Shown: positions 11,843 to 24,240 of the stretch, in pieces
Position numbering within the stretch: the stretch's first letter is position 1
Layout: each line of letters starts with the position of its first letter
Assembly (NCBI GenBank): GCA_003990765.1
Contig: RBNJ01000063.1
Span: forward strand, 1-45,243
DNA from: Jimgerdemannia flammicorona
Taxonomy: Eukaryota
DNA: 45,243 nt
Direction: 5' to 3'
Made by a program: the position numbers and the translations under genes
Notes under the pieces: generated by a model
Databases searched by the model: none
Seen by the model: the letters and a program-made list of their open reading frames with translations, nothing else
What the model was told of the DNA's origin: nothing

Positions 11843-12381
11843 TAGGTATAAAACAAGACCGAGTTCGTTTGCATATAGCATTTCATTTCGAGTAATACAA
11901 CCACATACAGATGTTTGTCTGGACATGATAGATTTTTATTTTCTGGCTTATTGTTACGATTAAGAATATAACCTATCCCGATTGTGTTCGTTGGGCCGAT
12001 TTCATTTGTGCGGAACGCTTCCACTTTGGCAATTGAAAGTACATAAATATATACATTAATTAATGCGACCAAACTCAGAAATTTGATCTGAGATGGGACT
12101 CCAGGGACAAAGTCGCTGACATCACAGCAACCATGTGACCAAAGCTGCCCCAACCCACCAACCCTCCTCCTCTCCCTCATCTCTCCCCAATTCCCCTCCC
12201 CCTCATTATTCCACGCGGACACACATTCGGCCCAATACCCCACTCGCCGATCGATTGCCTCGCCCGGACGCCCTGTCATTCGCTGGTTGTAAATATTTGT
12301 CTTACAAACCTCCCACTCCATTCCTTCCCCCTTTCTCCCTCCCCCCCTTCCCCTCCCCCACATCCCACTCTTTCTTAATAT

Positions 12382-15300
12382 ATGTATCAGCGCAGAGGCT
12401 GGCGATGGCGACCGGCAGCCTTGTTAGGCGTCGCGGCGTTGTGTGTGGTATGCGTCGCGCCGATGCCAGCGAGGGGCATGCCCAACGAGCGGAGGCTATG
12501 GCTGAGGTGAGCGAGGGCTTTGATTTCTTTGACACCCAAAGTAGATCTTAGGGTTTGAGAGGTACTTGCTTCGTTAACTTACGCTATGTTTTGTGTCTCC
12601 GATGTCTTTGTAGGGATGCCGCCAAGGTACGAAACGCGTAAAACCCCTATTTACTATTTTAAGGCAGATTCGCATGTGTTTCGTCGCTAACCTCAAAGCA
12701 CATGCTGCCCAGGAAATGTTCTATCACGGCTGGAACAACTACATGAAGTACGCCTTCCCGAAGGACGAGGTATGGAAGTCTAACAGGCTTCTAGGGCGGG
12801 CATTGTGGTTGGACCTGATCGGATATCCTCAAATCAAATGCCATTTTTGACACCTCGTATTGCGCCTTCAGCTGAACCCGATCCTTTGCAACGGTCGTGG
12901 GAGCGATAAGAAGAACCCGTAAGTTCACCTTCCCATCCGTGCCTTATATGAATTTTGTCGTGGATCGTCTTTATCTCATATCCCACGCCCCTTTCTCCTC
13001 GATATTCGATATCCTCGTGAACGCAGGTCAAACATCAACATCAACGATGCCCTCGGCGACTACTCTCTGACCCTCGTCGACACGCTCGACACGCTCGCGG
13101 TTGGTATCGGTTCTCTTTTTCGACATTTCCCTTGTAATGTGCCGCCCTGGCTACCACGCTTATTGACCCTTGCTCGTTTACATTATCAAACTCCACCCAG
13201 ATCCTCGGCGATCAGGCCGAGTTCGAGCGCGCCGTACGTTTGACGATTGCCACCGTCCATTTTGACCTCGACAGCCGCGTACAGGTCTTTGAGGCCAATA
13301 TCCGCATGTTGGGCGGGCTGGTGCGTTGCTGGGGCGAGGATCCCTTTTTTTTTTTTTTTTTTTTTCATAATGTTTTCTGTGACACGAATGCTGACCATAT
13401 CGTCTCGTACCTCATAGCTCTCGGCCCATCTACTCGCTACCGATCGCACGCTCGGGTACTTCATCAAAGACTACAACGGCGAACTCTTGGACATGGCGCA
13501 GGACCTCGCGAAGAGGCTGATGCCGGCGTTCCAGTTGTCTAGGACGGGGATACCGTATCCGAGGGTGCGTGTGGGACTCTTTGGCCTGGCTTTGGATGGT
13601 GTGTGATGTGAGGTCGAAGTTTTAGATTCGTGTGATGACTGATGTTTATTTTGTGTCGGGTTCGGCCTGGTATGGGTGTGTAGGTGAATTTGCGGTACGG
13701 CGTCCCTAAGACGGAGACGGTGGAGACATGCGCGGCAGGGGCGGGGAGCTTGATTCTCGAGTTCGGCGTCCTTAGCCGGTTGACAAATACCAGCATATAC
13801 GAGGTACACTTTTTTTTTTAAAAAAAAAAGTTTCGATATGCAATATCTCCCATCCTCATTCGTCATCCATCTCCCGCAGGACGCAGCCAAACGATCCCTC
13901 CACGCAATCTGGGACCGGCGCTCGGCCCTTGGGTTGGTGGGCAACGTGATCAACCTGCAGACAGGCCAGTGGATCCACACGGCGTCGTCAACAGGTGCCG
14001 GCATCGACTCCTTCTTTGAGTACATGCTCAAGGCCTACGTTCTATTCGGCGAGGATGAGTATCTTGACATGTTCCGCGAAGCCTACGGCTCCATCATGAA
14101 GTACATCCGCGACCCAACGGGATACCTCTACCGAAACGTCCACATGACCAACGGTGGGCTCATGAGCAGCTGGGTCGATAGCTTGAGTGCATATTTTGTG
14201 GGGTTGCAGGTTGGTTTTAGGTGGGGACCGGGGGTGGGGTGGAGCCACGAGGTGCGAGCTTGGGTGGTCGTGGAAAGTGACTGTTATATGGACTGGATGC
14301 CTAATGACTTAACGGTCATGGCGTGAAGGTTCGTTGCGCAGTACCGGGTTTTGATCCCAGCACGTGAAGAGAAATGATGAATATCTGTTTGGTCCGTGTT
14401 TCTGAGGCAGATTAGACCCTGTCACATGAATACACCATATTCTAAACTTTCTGACTCTTTGGCATGCCATTTTCCACGAACCGCCATTTTCCACGAATCC
14501 AAGAATTTTGTCATTATTATCGCACTGAAAAAGGATCCTGACCATCACGAATTCGTTTCAGGTCCTCGCCGGTGATCTAGACTCGGCCATCAAATCGCAC
14601 CTCTTCTACTACAATATTTGGCGCAAGTATCGGTCGCTTCCAGAGCGGTTTGACTTCTATCTTCGCAGTGTCAACATCGCCACTTACCCGCTCCGCCCGG
14701 AGTTCGTCGAGTCCACCTATTTCCTCTACCGCGCCACCCGTGACCCATTCTATCTGCGCGTCGGCGAGATGATCCTCGAGGACCTGAATAATACCACGCG
14801 CGTCGCGTGCGGGTTCGCCACCGTCGGTGATGTCATCGGGAGGAAGCTCGAAGATAGGATGGAAAGCTTTGCATTGAGCGAAACATTCAAGTATTTGTTT
14901 TTGCTATTTGATGTGGGTGAGTATGAGGAGAGGAACGGGGATGAAATGTATGGTGGTGAAGCTGTTGTGAAGTGATGGGCGGCAGAATGTGTATTAGTTT
15001 GGTTTTATTGGTTTTGTTATGGTGTTGTGCGTTCTAAATCAATTCACTTACTTCGCGACCTCATGGACCATTGCAGATCATCCTGTCAACACCTTGGATT
15101 CTAATTTCGTCTTCACTACTGGTATGTCTGATTTGCGTAAGTGTTGCAATACTCTTATGTGGTTCGTTTCACTCATACATCACCTCAAATTATTGATTGA
15201 TTCCAGAGGGCCATATATTGCCACTTCCACGGCAATACCTGCATTCGAAGCGACATCGACCGGTGCCGTTCTACTCTGATGACAACGACGCACTCACCGA

Positions 15301-15867
15301 GATCTCTGCCTTCCTCCCCTCCCCCAACTCCTGCCCCGTCTACCAACCCGGTCAAACACCCTCCCGGCACCACCACTACCACCGGCGTGCGCACCCCCAA
15401 AAACTCTCCCACACAAACATAGGCCTCACCCCCCTGACTGCCTTTTCCCGCCCTACCTACCCCTCCTCCTCCCCTTATACCGCCACCACAAGTACCACCT
15501 TCTCCCACCACGCCCACTCGGCCATCCTCTCCCGCCCCGACGCCGACTTCGCCCGCGAGCTCGTCGGCCTCGACGACGACCACATCCCGCCCCTAGACCC
15601 GCGTGGGTACTGCGAGGCCCCCAACCTCCTTCCGCAAACTGTCGAGCTCACTTTCGGGTACCCCGCCGGCACCACCAGCAACGGTAACAACCAGGCGGGA
15701 CAGCAAGGACACGCGCAACAGCAAGCTGCCGATACTCAGGACGTCGGCTGGTCGCCCACCGTCGTTAAGTTCCTCGGCGGGCTCGTCGCCACTACCCTGG
15801 CAGGGCTCAAGGTTGAGCTAACTAAGCGCTCGTCCAGGCAGGGCGCTGGGTACGACGTCACCAAAGG
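12382..15867 (+). CDS. MNL1: EDEM/Mnl1-like GH47 alpha-1,2-mannosidase; multi-exon, apparently 3'-truncated
   Basis: Signal-peptide-like start ([21 protein letters not shown]), [62 protein letters not shown]. The last exon ends at a donor (AAAG|gttagt) with no convincing downstream exon. Confidence 0.88.
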
Positions 15868-16135
15868 TTAGTAGCGACGCGCGGCGGTGCGCGGGCGTGC
15901 GGAGGGTGGTGAGAGGCAATTGTGGCGTGGGATACAGGTGGGTTCAACTTGTGGGGATATTCCGTGATGTCCCTGTTTGCTTACCTTAGGTTGGTGTTGG
16001 TAGATGGGTTTGTTTCTTTTGTTGGATGCGCCCAAGGGTATTGTCGCCTTTTTATTGTGGGCGCGTGCACCTTGGTTAAAATTCGGTAGTTAATATAATA
16101 GTCATTATCGCGGTACATGCTTGCCGAATGCCTCA

Positions 16136-16251
16136 TTTTCGTTTCTTTTTTCTTTTCTTTTTTTTTTTTCCCCCTATACATACATACATACATACATACA
16201 TACTACATTCATACATACATACATACATACATACATACATACATACATACA

Positions 16252-16289
<38 letters not shown>

Positions 16290-16297
16290 CTTTTTTT

Positions 16298-16330
<33 letters not shown>

Positions 16331-16343
16331 TTTTTTTTATTTT
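16136..16343. repeat. T-rich tract + (TACA)n microsatellite + long poly(T) tail
   Basis: T/C tract ~16136-16170, (CATA)n 16174-16251, poly(T) with rare interruptions 16254-16343. Confidence 0.95.
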
Positions 16344-17516
16344 AATGGACTCATGTTCCATGGAATTTTATTGGAAGGGAACCTAGACTATATAGGCCAA
16401 AACTCTCCCCCACCACCCACCAAGCACTGCCCCCTCATTAATCTAGGCTAGCTATTGTCCAGCAGCTCAACCATGCCAGGTGCAGCAGGGCCTATGTTGG
16501 CTCACACCTCATTCTGCGCACCATGCTCTCTCTACCACCAGGGGAAATCCAACCATATACTAATGACCAAAAGTGCACGCCTGAGAACCCAATATATATA
16601 TAAGGCTATGCCTGAGCCAAATAGAATAGCCTCTGCTATCCTAAAGAGAATGACAGGCAAAGAAAAACCCTCATCAAAGTACAACATGATGGGTAGGGCC
16701 TGGTTCTCCCAGTCAAGGTGAGTAAAGGACTTATATGTGAGGCAGGAGGAAGCCCCTAATACCCCACTACTCAAGCCTGCAAGCCTCAATCACATTGCTA
16801 TATCAGCTTCCAGTTCTAGTTGAGTATAGCCAAGATGCCTGAAATGGGTAGCCTCAGGCCCCCCGACCCCCCCTGATGACTGGGGCCTAACCCCACTGAC
16901 TGCTAAAAGAAGCTGAGAGTAACACCTACTACCTAACTACACCACACCAATCAAAAGGCCCCACCAAAGCAGTACCTGCCCCAGCCCCAATGACCGCTCC
17001 CAGCCTGGCACCTGACTGGTTCACCATTAACATTCTTCCTCCTATCTGTGATAGCCATCTCCTCTCCCATCCTGACAATACTCAAAAAGCAGTCACCTAT
17101 GCTAGAACTGTGCTCACTGGGAAGCTTGCCAAAGCCAGAGGGCCCCACCACAGGCACCGAAGACCTGCAGGTAACCTATACTGAGCACTTGATGCCCAAG
17201 GTTGGCCGACTCTCTATTAGTCCAAGATATACTGAGACAATACCTTGTTGACAATGGCAAAAGGAAGAAGGTACCACACCAAAATGGGTATACCCCAGAT
17301 ACAGCTGAAGGCACCAGAATCTGCAAAAAAGTGGAGGAAGCACCAATCTGATACTGATAAAGGGGCAACTCATCACTATTGCCCTCCTCTCACCATGCCC
17401 CTGCAGGCACAGCAAACCAACCTGAGGTAGAGAGGGTAATATTAGGGGAAAGAGGACTCAGAAGGTCATCTACCAAACCTTGTGACCAGTAAGATAGCAA
17501 AGAAAGGAGTTGGCCT
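16254..17516 (-). mobile_element. ~1.2-kb poly(A)-tailed retroelement, probably non-autonomous
   Basis: Poly(A) tail on the minus strand, second copy at 4296-4890, no recognisable RT/EN motifs; terminal motifs resemble the LINE ends; 5' end abuts the TSD. Confidence 0.75.
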
Positions 17517-17534
17517 TGAGTGTAGTATTGTCTA
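17517..17534. repeat. 18-bp target-site duplication, right copy
   Basis: tgagtgtagtattgtcta, identical to 3480-3497. Confidence 0.95.
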
Positions 17535-19100
17535 GTTCAAACTATTTCTAAGTCTGGTTGATGATAGTGATTGTCCAGGGTTTGAGATGGTTGGATATCT
17601 TCTACTGCCCAAGGTAGCTAATTAATCTATAGTATAACTCCTTATTCATATTGAATAATCTTGATGGAGGTATTTCAGGGTGTCCTTGAGAGTGCATCAG
17701 TATTGGTGTTGGTTCTTCCTGAGCAGTGCTTAACAGTATAGTCATACTCTTGCAGCCTGTAGATCTATATGGTATATATTCCTTTAGAGTTCAGAGTGTG
17801 GAATAGCCAGGCAAGAGCAGAATGATCTGTTTGAATAGTGAAGTATTTCTTAGCTAGATAGTAGTGGAACTTGTCTACTGCCCAAACTACTGCTAAGTAT
17901 TTGAGCTTGTATGTATGACTCATAGTTCTGTTCTGCTCCATGGGTACCTCAGTTTGTATAGGAGATGATATATTCATATCTATCTTTCTTCTGAGTCAGA
18001 ACTGATCTAAGTCCTATAGTGCTTGCATCTGTCTACAGGATGAATTCTAGATTCCAATCTGGTCTTCTGAGGATAGGTGCTTGGGTCAACCTGGTCTTGA
18101 GTTTATTGAAGATTTCTTAGCATTCCTTAGTCCATTTGAATTTAGTTTTCTTCTTCAGTAGCTTGTAAATAGGTACTGTAATATTGGAGTATCTTTTGAT
18201 GAATCTTCTATAGTAGCTGGCTAGTCCAAGAAAGGTGTGGACTTCTGTAGTTGTTCTGGGTCTTGGGTAGGCTGCAACAGCCTCAATCTTTATGGGGTCT
18301 GTGTGGATTCTGGTCTGGTTGATGAGGTGTCCTAGGTAGGCAATTTCTTGAGCTACAAACTTACATTTCTTGGGCTTGATGTAGAGGCCATACTCCTTGA
18401 GCTTCTTGAGGGCTAGCTATATATGGTTGATATATTCCTGCACAGTATTGCTGAAGATGATTATATCATCAATATAGACAAAGAGCCATTTTCCAATCTT
18501 GTTGCTGAAGACTCTATTCATTATTAACTAAAAACTTGCTAGGGTATTGCATATTTCAAATGGTATTTACAGGTAGATATAGGTGGCATCAGGTGTGATG
18601 AAGGCTGATTTCTCACTAGCATCTTGAGTGAGACCAATCTGATGGAAGTCTGAGAACAGATCTAAGGTGGTGTAGTATTTGGCTTCACTTCCAAGAGTAG
18701 TAAGGATTTCTTAAATATTTGACAAGGGCTGTCTATCCTTCTTAGTGATTGCATTGAGCTTCCTGTAGTCAATGTAGAGTCTTGGTGCAAACTCTCTAGG
18801 CTTGCTTTCTTTCTTTAAGGTAAGAATAATGGGTGAAGCCCAGGGACTAATAGCTTGCTTAATAATTCTAGCTTCTTCTATTTTCTTGAGTTCTGCTCAC
18901 AGCCATTCTCTGTAGGCAGGTAGTATAGGTCTGGCCTTCTGATAGATGGGCTTGGTATCACTAGTATCAACTTCATGGTAGTACTTGGGTTCTTGATTGT
19001 AGATATCCCTGAAGTCTGTAGCAAGTACTCCTTCATTCTGGTGCAGAATCTTAAGAAGTTGTTCTTCCAGGGGAAAGTTTTCTCCAATGATATATGTGTG
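17535..19100 (-). pseudogene. Gypsy-A reverse transcriptase and RNase H (degenerate)
   Basis: SPWASPII, RLYIDYRKLNAIT, FVYIDDIIIFS, FLGLASYYRRFI, TDASTIGLRSVL, TDHSALAWL, DALSR. Confidence 0.92.
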
Positions 19101-19165
19101 CTTATTCTGGTCTCTGTCTTTCTTATGCTCAAGTTTGGTAATCTTGGTAGTGGCATAGGCTCCTC

Positions 19166-19577
19166 TTCCAGTAGGTTCAAAGTCTTGTTCTTCTCTCTTG
19201 GTCTTAATGAGTTTGATGGCTTCAGTGATCTTGGGCTTCTTGATTTCATAGATCAGCATCTGGCCAATCCTGTTATACTTCTTGAATTCAAATGGAGTGG
19301 TGGGGTTGTGATTCCAGACTATGAGAAAGATCTCACCAGTGTAATCAGAGTCAATTACTCCTCTTTCAACTGAGATTTCACTTTTGGCCAGACTGCTCCT
19401 GGTCTTGATAATTCTGATATGATTCTCTGATAGCTTGACTCCAATTCCAGTGCCAAGTAGGATGGTGGTCTGTGGTTTAAGAGTAGTATCTTTAATGCTG
19501 GCAAGGTCTATTCCTATGGCTCCTTCAGTCTTGTATTCTGGGATCTTGGCTTCAGGGTAAAACTTCTTGACCTTGAG
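19166..19577 (-). pseudogene. Gypsy-A dUTPase domain (between PR and RT)
   Basis: KVKKFYPEAKIPEYKTEGAIGIDL, RSSLA, GVIDSDYTGEI, NRIGQMLI and REEQDFEPTG match the five trimeric dUTPase motifs. Confidence 0.88.
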
Positions 19578-19943
19578 AGTGATGTCTAATTCTTATTCCT
19601 CCTCATCATCACTATCAGCTTGAAGCTCAGGGAGCTGGTTATCTTCTTTGACTTTCCTTTTTACTTCAGCAGCTTCTTGCTCATGTTTCTGTTGGCAGAT
19701 TTTCCTAACTTCACTGATATAGGACCAGCAGTCATTCAGGTATTCAGAGCAGTATATCCTAGTACTATAGGGGCATCTTTCTTGAGAGGCATAGCTATTG
19801 ATGATCTTGTTATACTACTGCTCATCTGTGAGCTTGAGTGTCTTGTTCTTGTTCTTATTCACCAAGTGCATAAAGACTTCTGTGTCTTCTTTATCTCCTT
19901 TCTCTATGTCTGGTAGGACTTCTTTATGGACATTGATAGAGAC

Positions 19944-21735
19944 TCATACCTTTCTTCCTCTATAGTTGATCTGTATCTTCTGGGCATTGAGGTCAATGAT
20001 GGCCTTGGTCTTGTGAAGCCCTTGGTTGTCAATGAGGATATTATAGTTAGTGATACTTGTAACAATCATATCTACTGAGATGGTAAGTCCTCCTATCTTA
20101 ATAGAAACTTCTTGGATTTCGTCAAGAGGGGTAGCTTGTGTACCATCTGCTGTAACATATACTATCTTGGTAGACTCTTCAATGTCCCAGCCTAGGTGAT
20201 CAATTGTCTTCTTACTTATGAGACATTCTTTAGCACTAGTATCAATGATGGCATCAAAGATACAATCTTCAATCTGATATAAAGTATAGGCTGATATCTT
20301 ATGCTGGTCTTCAGATTCTTTGCCTGAGTCTTCTGATTCTTCCTGTATATTGTGAGCTTCTACAATCTTGTACTCTTGATTCTTGACAGTAGTTACAAGT
20401 TCTACTCTCAACTGCTGTCTGAAGGCAGGGACTTCAGCTAGCTGTTCAAAAGTAGCATTGACCTTTTGTTTCTTAAGATCCTTGTAGATATTATACTAGT
20501 AGATCTTGGTCTTATACAGCTTCTGTTCCTTCTTGCTTTCACTTTCTCCTAAGACTAGAGTAGTGCCTTCAATGATTTGGCAGATAGCTTCATCTAACTC
20601 TATGTCTTGATCAATCTCTTTGAGTTGAGTCTTGCTTTGAATAGTAATAGCTGGAGTCTTCTTTGGTCTTCCAACTGGCTTATTGTTGCTCTTCTTGTCA
20701 TAGGGCTTGAACTGGGTTCTAGTACCTTCAGTAGCAGGGTAGAATTCAAGCTCCTTATAGTATTCTTCATCATCAGTATCACCAATCTCCTTGATGACTA
20801 CTGTATTGATTTGTTCTCTAGTTCTACTAGCATTGCTTAGTTGGACTTTGTGTCTTATTTCAGTTATGCAATTCTTTACATAGTGGTCTTCTTCTCTACA
20901 TCTGAAGCATGTGATATTGCATTCTTCTATAGCAGCTGCAAATCTCTGCACTGGTCTTCTGTTGGCACTTCAGACTTCTCTAACAACATTACCAAGGTGT
21001 GCAGTCATCTTAATGAACTACTTGGCGAGTTCCTCTACTGGGTCAACTTTGACTATCTTGAGGATAGGTGGGGTTGGTTGTCTGTTTACAACTATAGCAG
21101 GTATAATACTAGTTGGCTTTGATGGCTCTATCTTGATACCAGTTATTTTCTCTATTAAGTATTCGGCAGGGTGTCTGGTAGTCCAATATCTCTATACAAA
21201 GATCACTTTCTGATCAAGGGTCAGTGCAGCTGGGGTAGACTGGATTGCTAGAGTAATTTCAGGGTAAACTCCTTTGAGGAAGATTTAATCCACTATTTGT
21301 TCCTTGAGGGCATCATCATAGCTAGCCAAGACAATCTAGTGGCAGATTCAGATATAGAATGAGTTGAGATCTTCACTGAGTCCCTGGCAGATAGTATTGA
21401 GTTAATCCTTGAGAGCTTGCTTGATCTCTTCAGTATAGTATGTTATTCTGAGGAAGGCCTTCATATTGGCAAGTTTGGCTACACTATTATCAGTAATAGT
21501 AGCTGCATTGAACTTATCTCTAGTAGGTCCTCTGAGGCTGACTGGTAGAAGGGTCAATTGTGCATCCACACCAAGGGCTCATATGGTAGCGAATTATTCA
21601 AAGTCTTCAATAAAGGTCAGGATTGACTCTTCAGTAGTATATCCATAGAATGTAAGGGAATGTATTTCCATCTTGTCTTGAATTCTTGCAGGGGTGACTC
21701 TTATAGTCAGGGTAGTTGTTATAGTGGTTGTTCAT
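19944..21735 (-). pseudogene. Gypsy-A gag (zinc knuckle) and aspartic protease
   Basis: CFRCREEDHYVKNC knuckle; AIIDTSAKECLIS (decayed DTG) protease motif. Confidence 0.85.
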
Positions 21736-21770
21736 TTTTCAGCTTGAAAGTGAGGGATTCATCTTGAATT

Positions 21771-21788
21771 ACCAGCCAATGGGTACCA
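21771..21788 (-). other. Primer-binding site of Gypsy-A
   Basis: TGGTACCCATTGGCTGGT begins 3 nt inside the 5' LTR; cognate tRNA not identified. Confidence 0.75.
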
Positions 21789-21791
21789 AGT

Positions 21792-23355
21792 TGTCACATA
21801 GTAGTCACTGAGTCCTTCAAATATACTAGATTCTCTTCAAGGTATATCTCTTAGACTAACTTAAGTTTGTTATAAGTAAGTTCTTATTAGAGTACCTTCC
21901 TAAGATCTTATAGTCCTCAAACATCTTATCTTTAAACTGTCTTGTTATCTCTTAGATTGCTTGCAAGGAAGTATATATATTGCACTAAGTAGACTGAGTG
22001 GACTGACTTTATTTCAGAGAAAATAAGAGAGATATTTATACAAAAGATAATTCAATGGTTGCTAAGATATAAAGCTAAATATAAATTTCAATAACTAAAA
22101 TAAAATGCCAGGACAGGAAAAACTGCTAAGTTCCAGGGTTGGTACTGATGGTTGTATAGATTCAGAATACTAGTATAATCTTGGTAGTATAGAAAAATGG
22201 TGCTGGAATAATTCAGTATCATATCAGAATACCAGTGCTGATATCATTCAGTATCACCAAAGGACTTTAGAGCAGAATGTTCAAGACCATAGAGGCTTTA
22301 TCCTCATCAGAGATCAGAATGCCTTCAAAGGAGATGAGGTCTATAAATTCATTGTCATTATATAGATCACATGTTTCATATATGTCACATGTCTTGTATA
22401 TGTCATGTGGGATGACATCATCATCAATGATGTCATTACATTTGGTGATAGCAGGAATAAGAAGGTCTGGAGCTCTCTAGTCTATGAGATTCTCTTTTAC
22501 AAAATAGGGGACAAATGTGGGGTCTTGGAGAGGTCTAATCTGGATACTTAGGTCTTAGAATACTGAGATCAATCCTTATAGGAATTGGTCTGGGTTGTTC
22601 TGAAGGATGGAATGCCAGAAGTCTTCTACTTTGTCACTATCAAGAGTGATAGTGGACTGGGCTTTTGTAGCCACCCTGGCTTCTAGTGTATTGATATAGT
22701 GGACTGACAGATCTCTGAAATCTGAGACTCTAATATACATACTCCAAGTTGGGGATCAATCATGGTACATGTCTGAAGATCTGATAGATCTTCTTAGCTG
22801 TCCTTGTTTTATATATATCTATGAGAGTAGCATCTTGTAGCTCTTGAGTGCTGGCCTGTAGGAACTCCTGGCAGAGAAGGTTTTTTATTTCATACTCCTG
22901 CTATATTTAGAGACATTCAGTAGTAATGGTGATCCTTGTTTTCATTTCATAGTGATAGAGGATATAATGATAAGGGTCACCAGTACTTAGGTTGATACTA
23001 GGAGTCCTTTTTGAGCAAGTCTTTATGGCTCTTCTGATATCTTGGAACATTCTTTCTTCAACTGAGGTATCTTGGTGGTTCCTTGACCTTGAGGTTTGGC
23101 AAGCAGCAGGCATTTTATTTATGGTAAGTCTTTGAGCTATTTTGGAATTGGTGGGTCTTATTGATTACTGCTACTGTAGTTCCTTGATTCTTCTTTTATA
23201 TTTCTCAAGATACTCATACTGTGGTCACAATGACTCACAGTTGGTCATCATTACTTATCTTATATGCTATATGATCTTCTTGTGCTCTGATCTGGTAGCT
23301 TGTAAGAAAAGACTGTCTTCTGTACTAATGTCATCATTCAGGGGTCACTGTTATA
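21792..23355 (-). repeat. Gypsy-A 5' LTR
   Basis: tgtcaca...tgttata; colinear with 493-2051. Confidence 0.92.
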
Positions 23356-24240
23356 TTATATAGTTATATATCTGCTATATTATAACTTGGTGCTCATTGG
23401 CTGATAATTCAAAATAAATTCTCAATTTTAAGCTGAAAAATAAATAACTACTATATATAGATCATCATTTATAGTATTTGTCTCTATACTATCTACTGTT
23501 AATTAGTTGTTCTAATTATTAGCCTTATTTTTATAAACTATCAGTATTGAATAATAGATGCTCTGCAAAGGATCATATTATTGAGTTAATAGCCAGATTA
23601 TTTCTTAGTTCAAGAGATAATATTATAAGAACTAATTACTGAAAAATACTAAATAAATCACTACTAAACAAACTGCTATATAGACTACTATCATCTAACT
23701 TTTGAAGATATTATTTTATTTATATCATCTATTATTAATTAGTTACTCTAATTATTAGTCTCATTTCTATGAATTATCAATATTGAATAAGTTATACTCT
23801 AGAAGAATATATTATTAAGTTAATAGTTAGGTTACTTCTTAGTTTGAGAAATAATATTATAAGAATTATTTACTTTTGATAACTTATAAATACTATCTGT
23901 TATAAACAAACTATTGCTCTACTGAAGACATTATATATAAACTATTACTTAAGTTAATTATTTGAAGAATATTATCTAATATATAAATATTATCTACTAT
24001 TCTACTGAAGATATTATATATGAACTATTTGAGTTAATTATTTGAAGAATACTGTCTGACTTTTGAAGATACAAATCTCATCTATTATAAATAAACTATT
24101 TGAGATAACATATAAATGGACTATTATGGAGAATTAAAAGATATTATATAAATATTTTATATATACATATCTAGTAGCAGTTTTTTATATTATATTATAG
24201 TTTTAGCCATTTAGTAATTCTGTTAGAGGATATTTAAAGA
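23356..24240 (+). mobile_element. Degraded LTR end, PBS and leader of an older Gypsy-A relative in opposite orientation, with internal direct repeats
   Basis: acttggtgctcattggctgataattcaaaataaattctcaattttaagctgaaaaa mirrors the reverse complement of 21735-21791; direct repeats at ~23537/23771 and ~23917/24000. Confidence 0.65.

Larger units (their letters stand above)
493..23355 (-). mobile_element. Gypsy-A: Ty3/Gypsy LTR retrotransposon (gag-PR-dUTPase-RT-RH-IN, no chromodomain seen), degenerate, split by a 14-kb insertion
   Basis: Two homologous ~1.56-kb LTRs in the same orientation, PBS next to the right LTR, PPT next to the left LTR, TTAT on both flanks (489-492, 23356-23359). The pol frame is continuous across the insertion (...FELDNTTL / IDNTTLRKGEK...). 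Confidence 0.92.

Noticed and set aside
15990-16003. Acceptor cttag as the next EDEM exon
   Set aside because: It reads GWCW* in the required phase, with no homology support.
15981-16451. ORFs rich in poly-Phe, poly-Lys and HTYI (also 3436-3796 in part and 40439-40711)
   Set aside because: They are translations of poly(T/A) tails and the (CATA)n microsatellite.
2370-21735. Two independent truncated Gypsy-A copies flanking an ancestral gene island
   Set aside because: The halves are exactly complementary, overlap only by the 18-bp duplication and share matching outer TTAT flanks.
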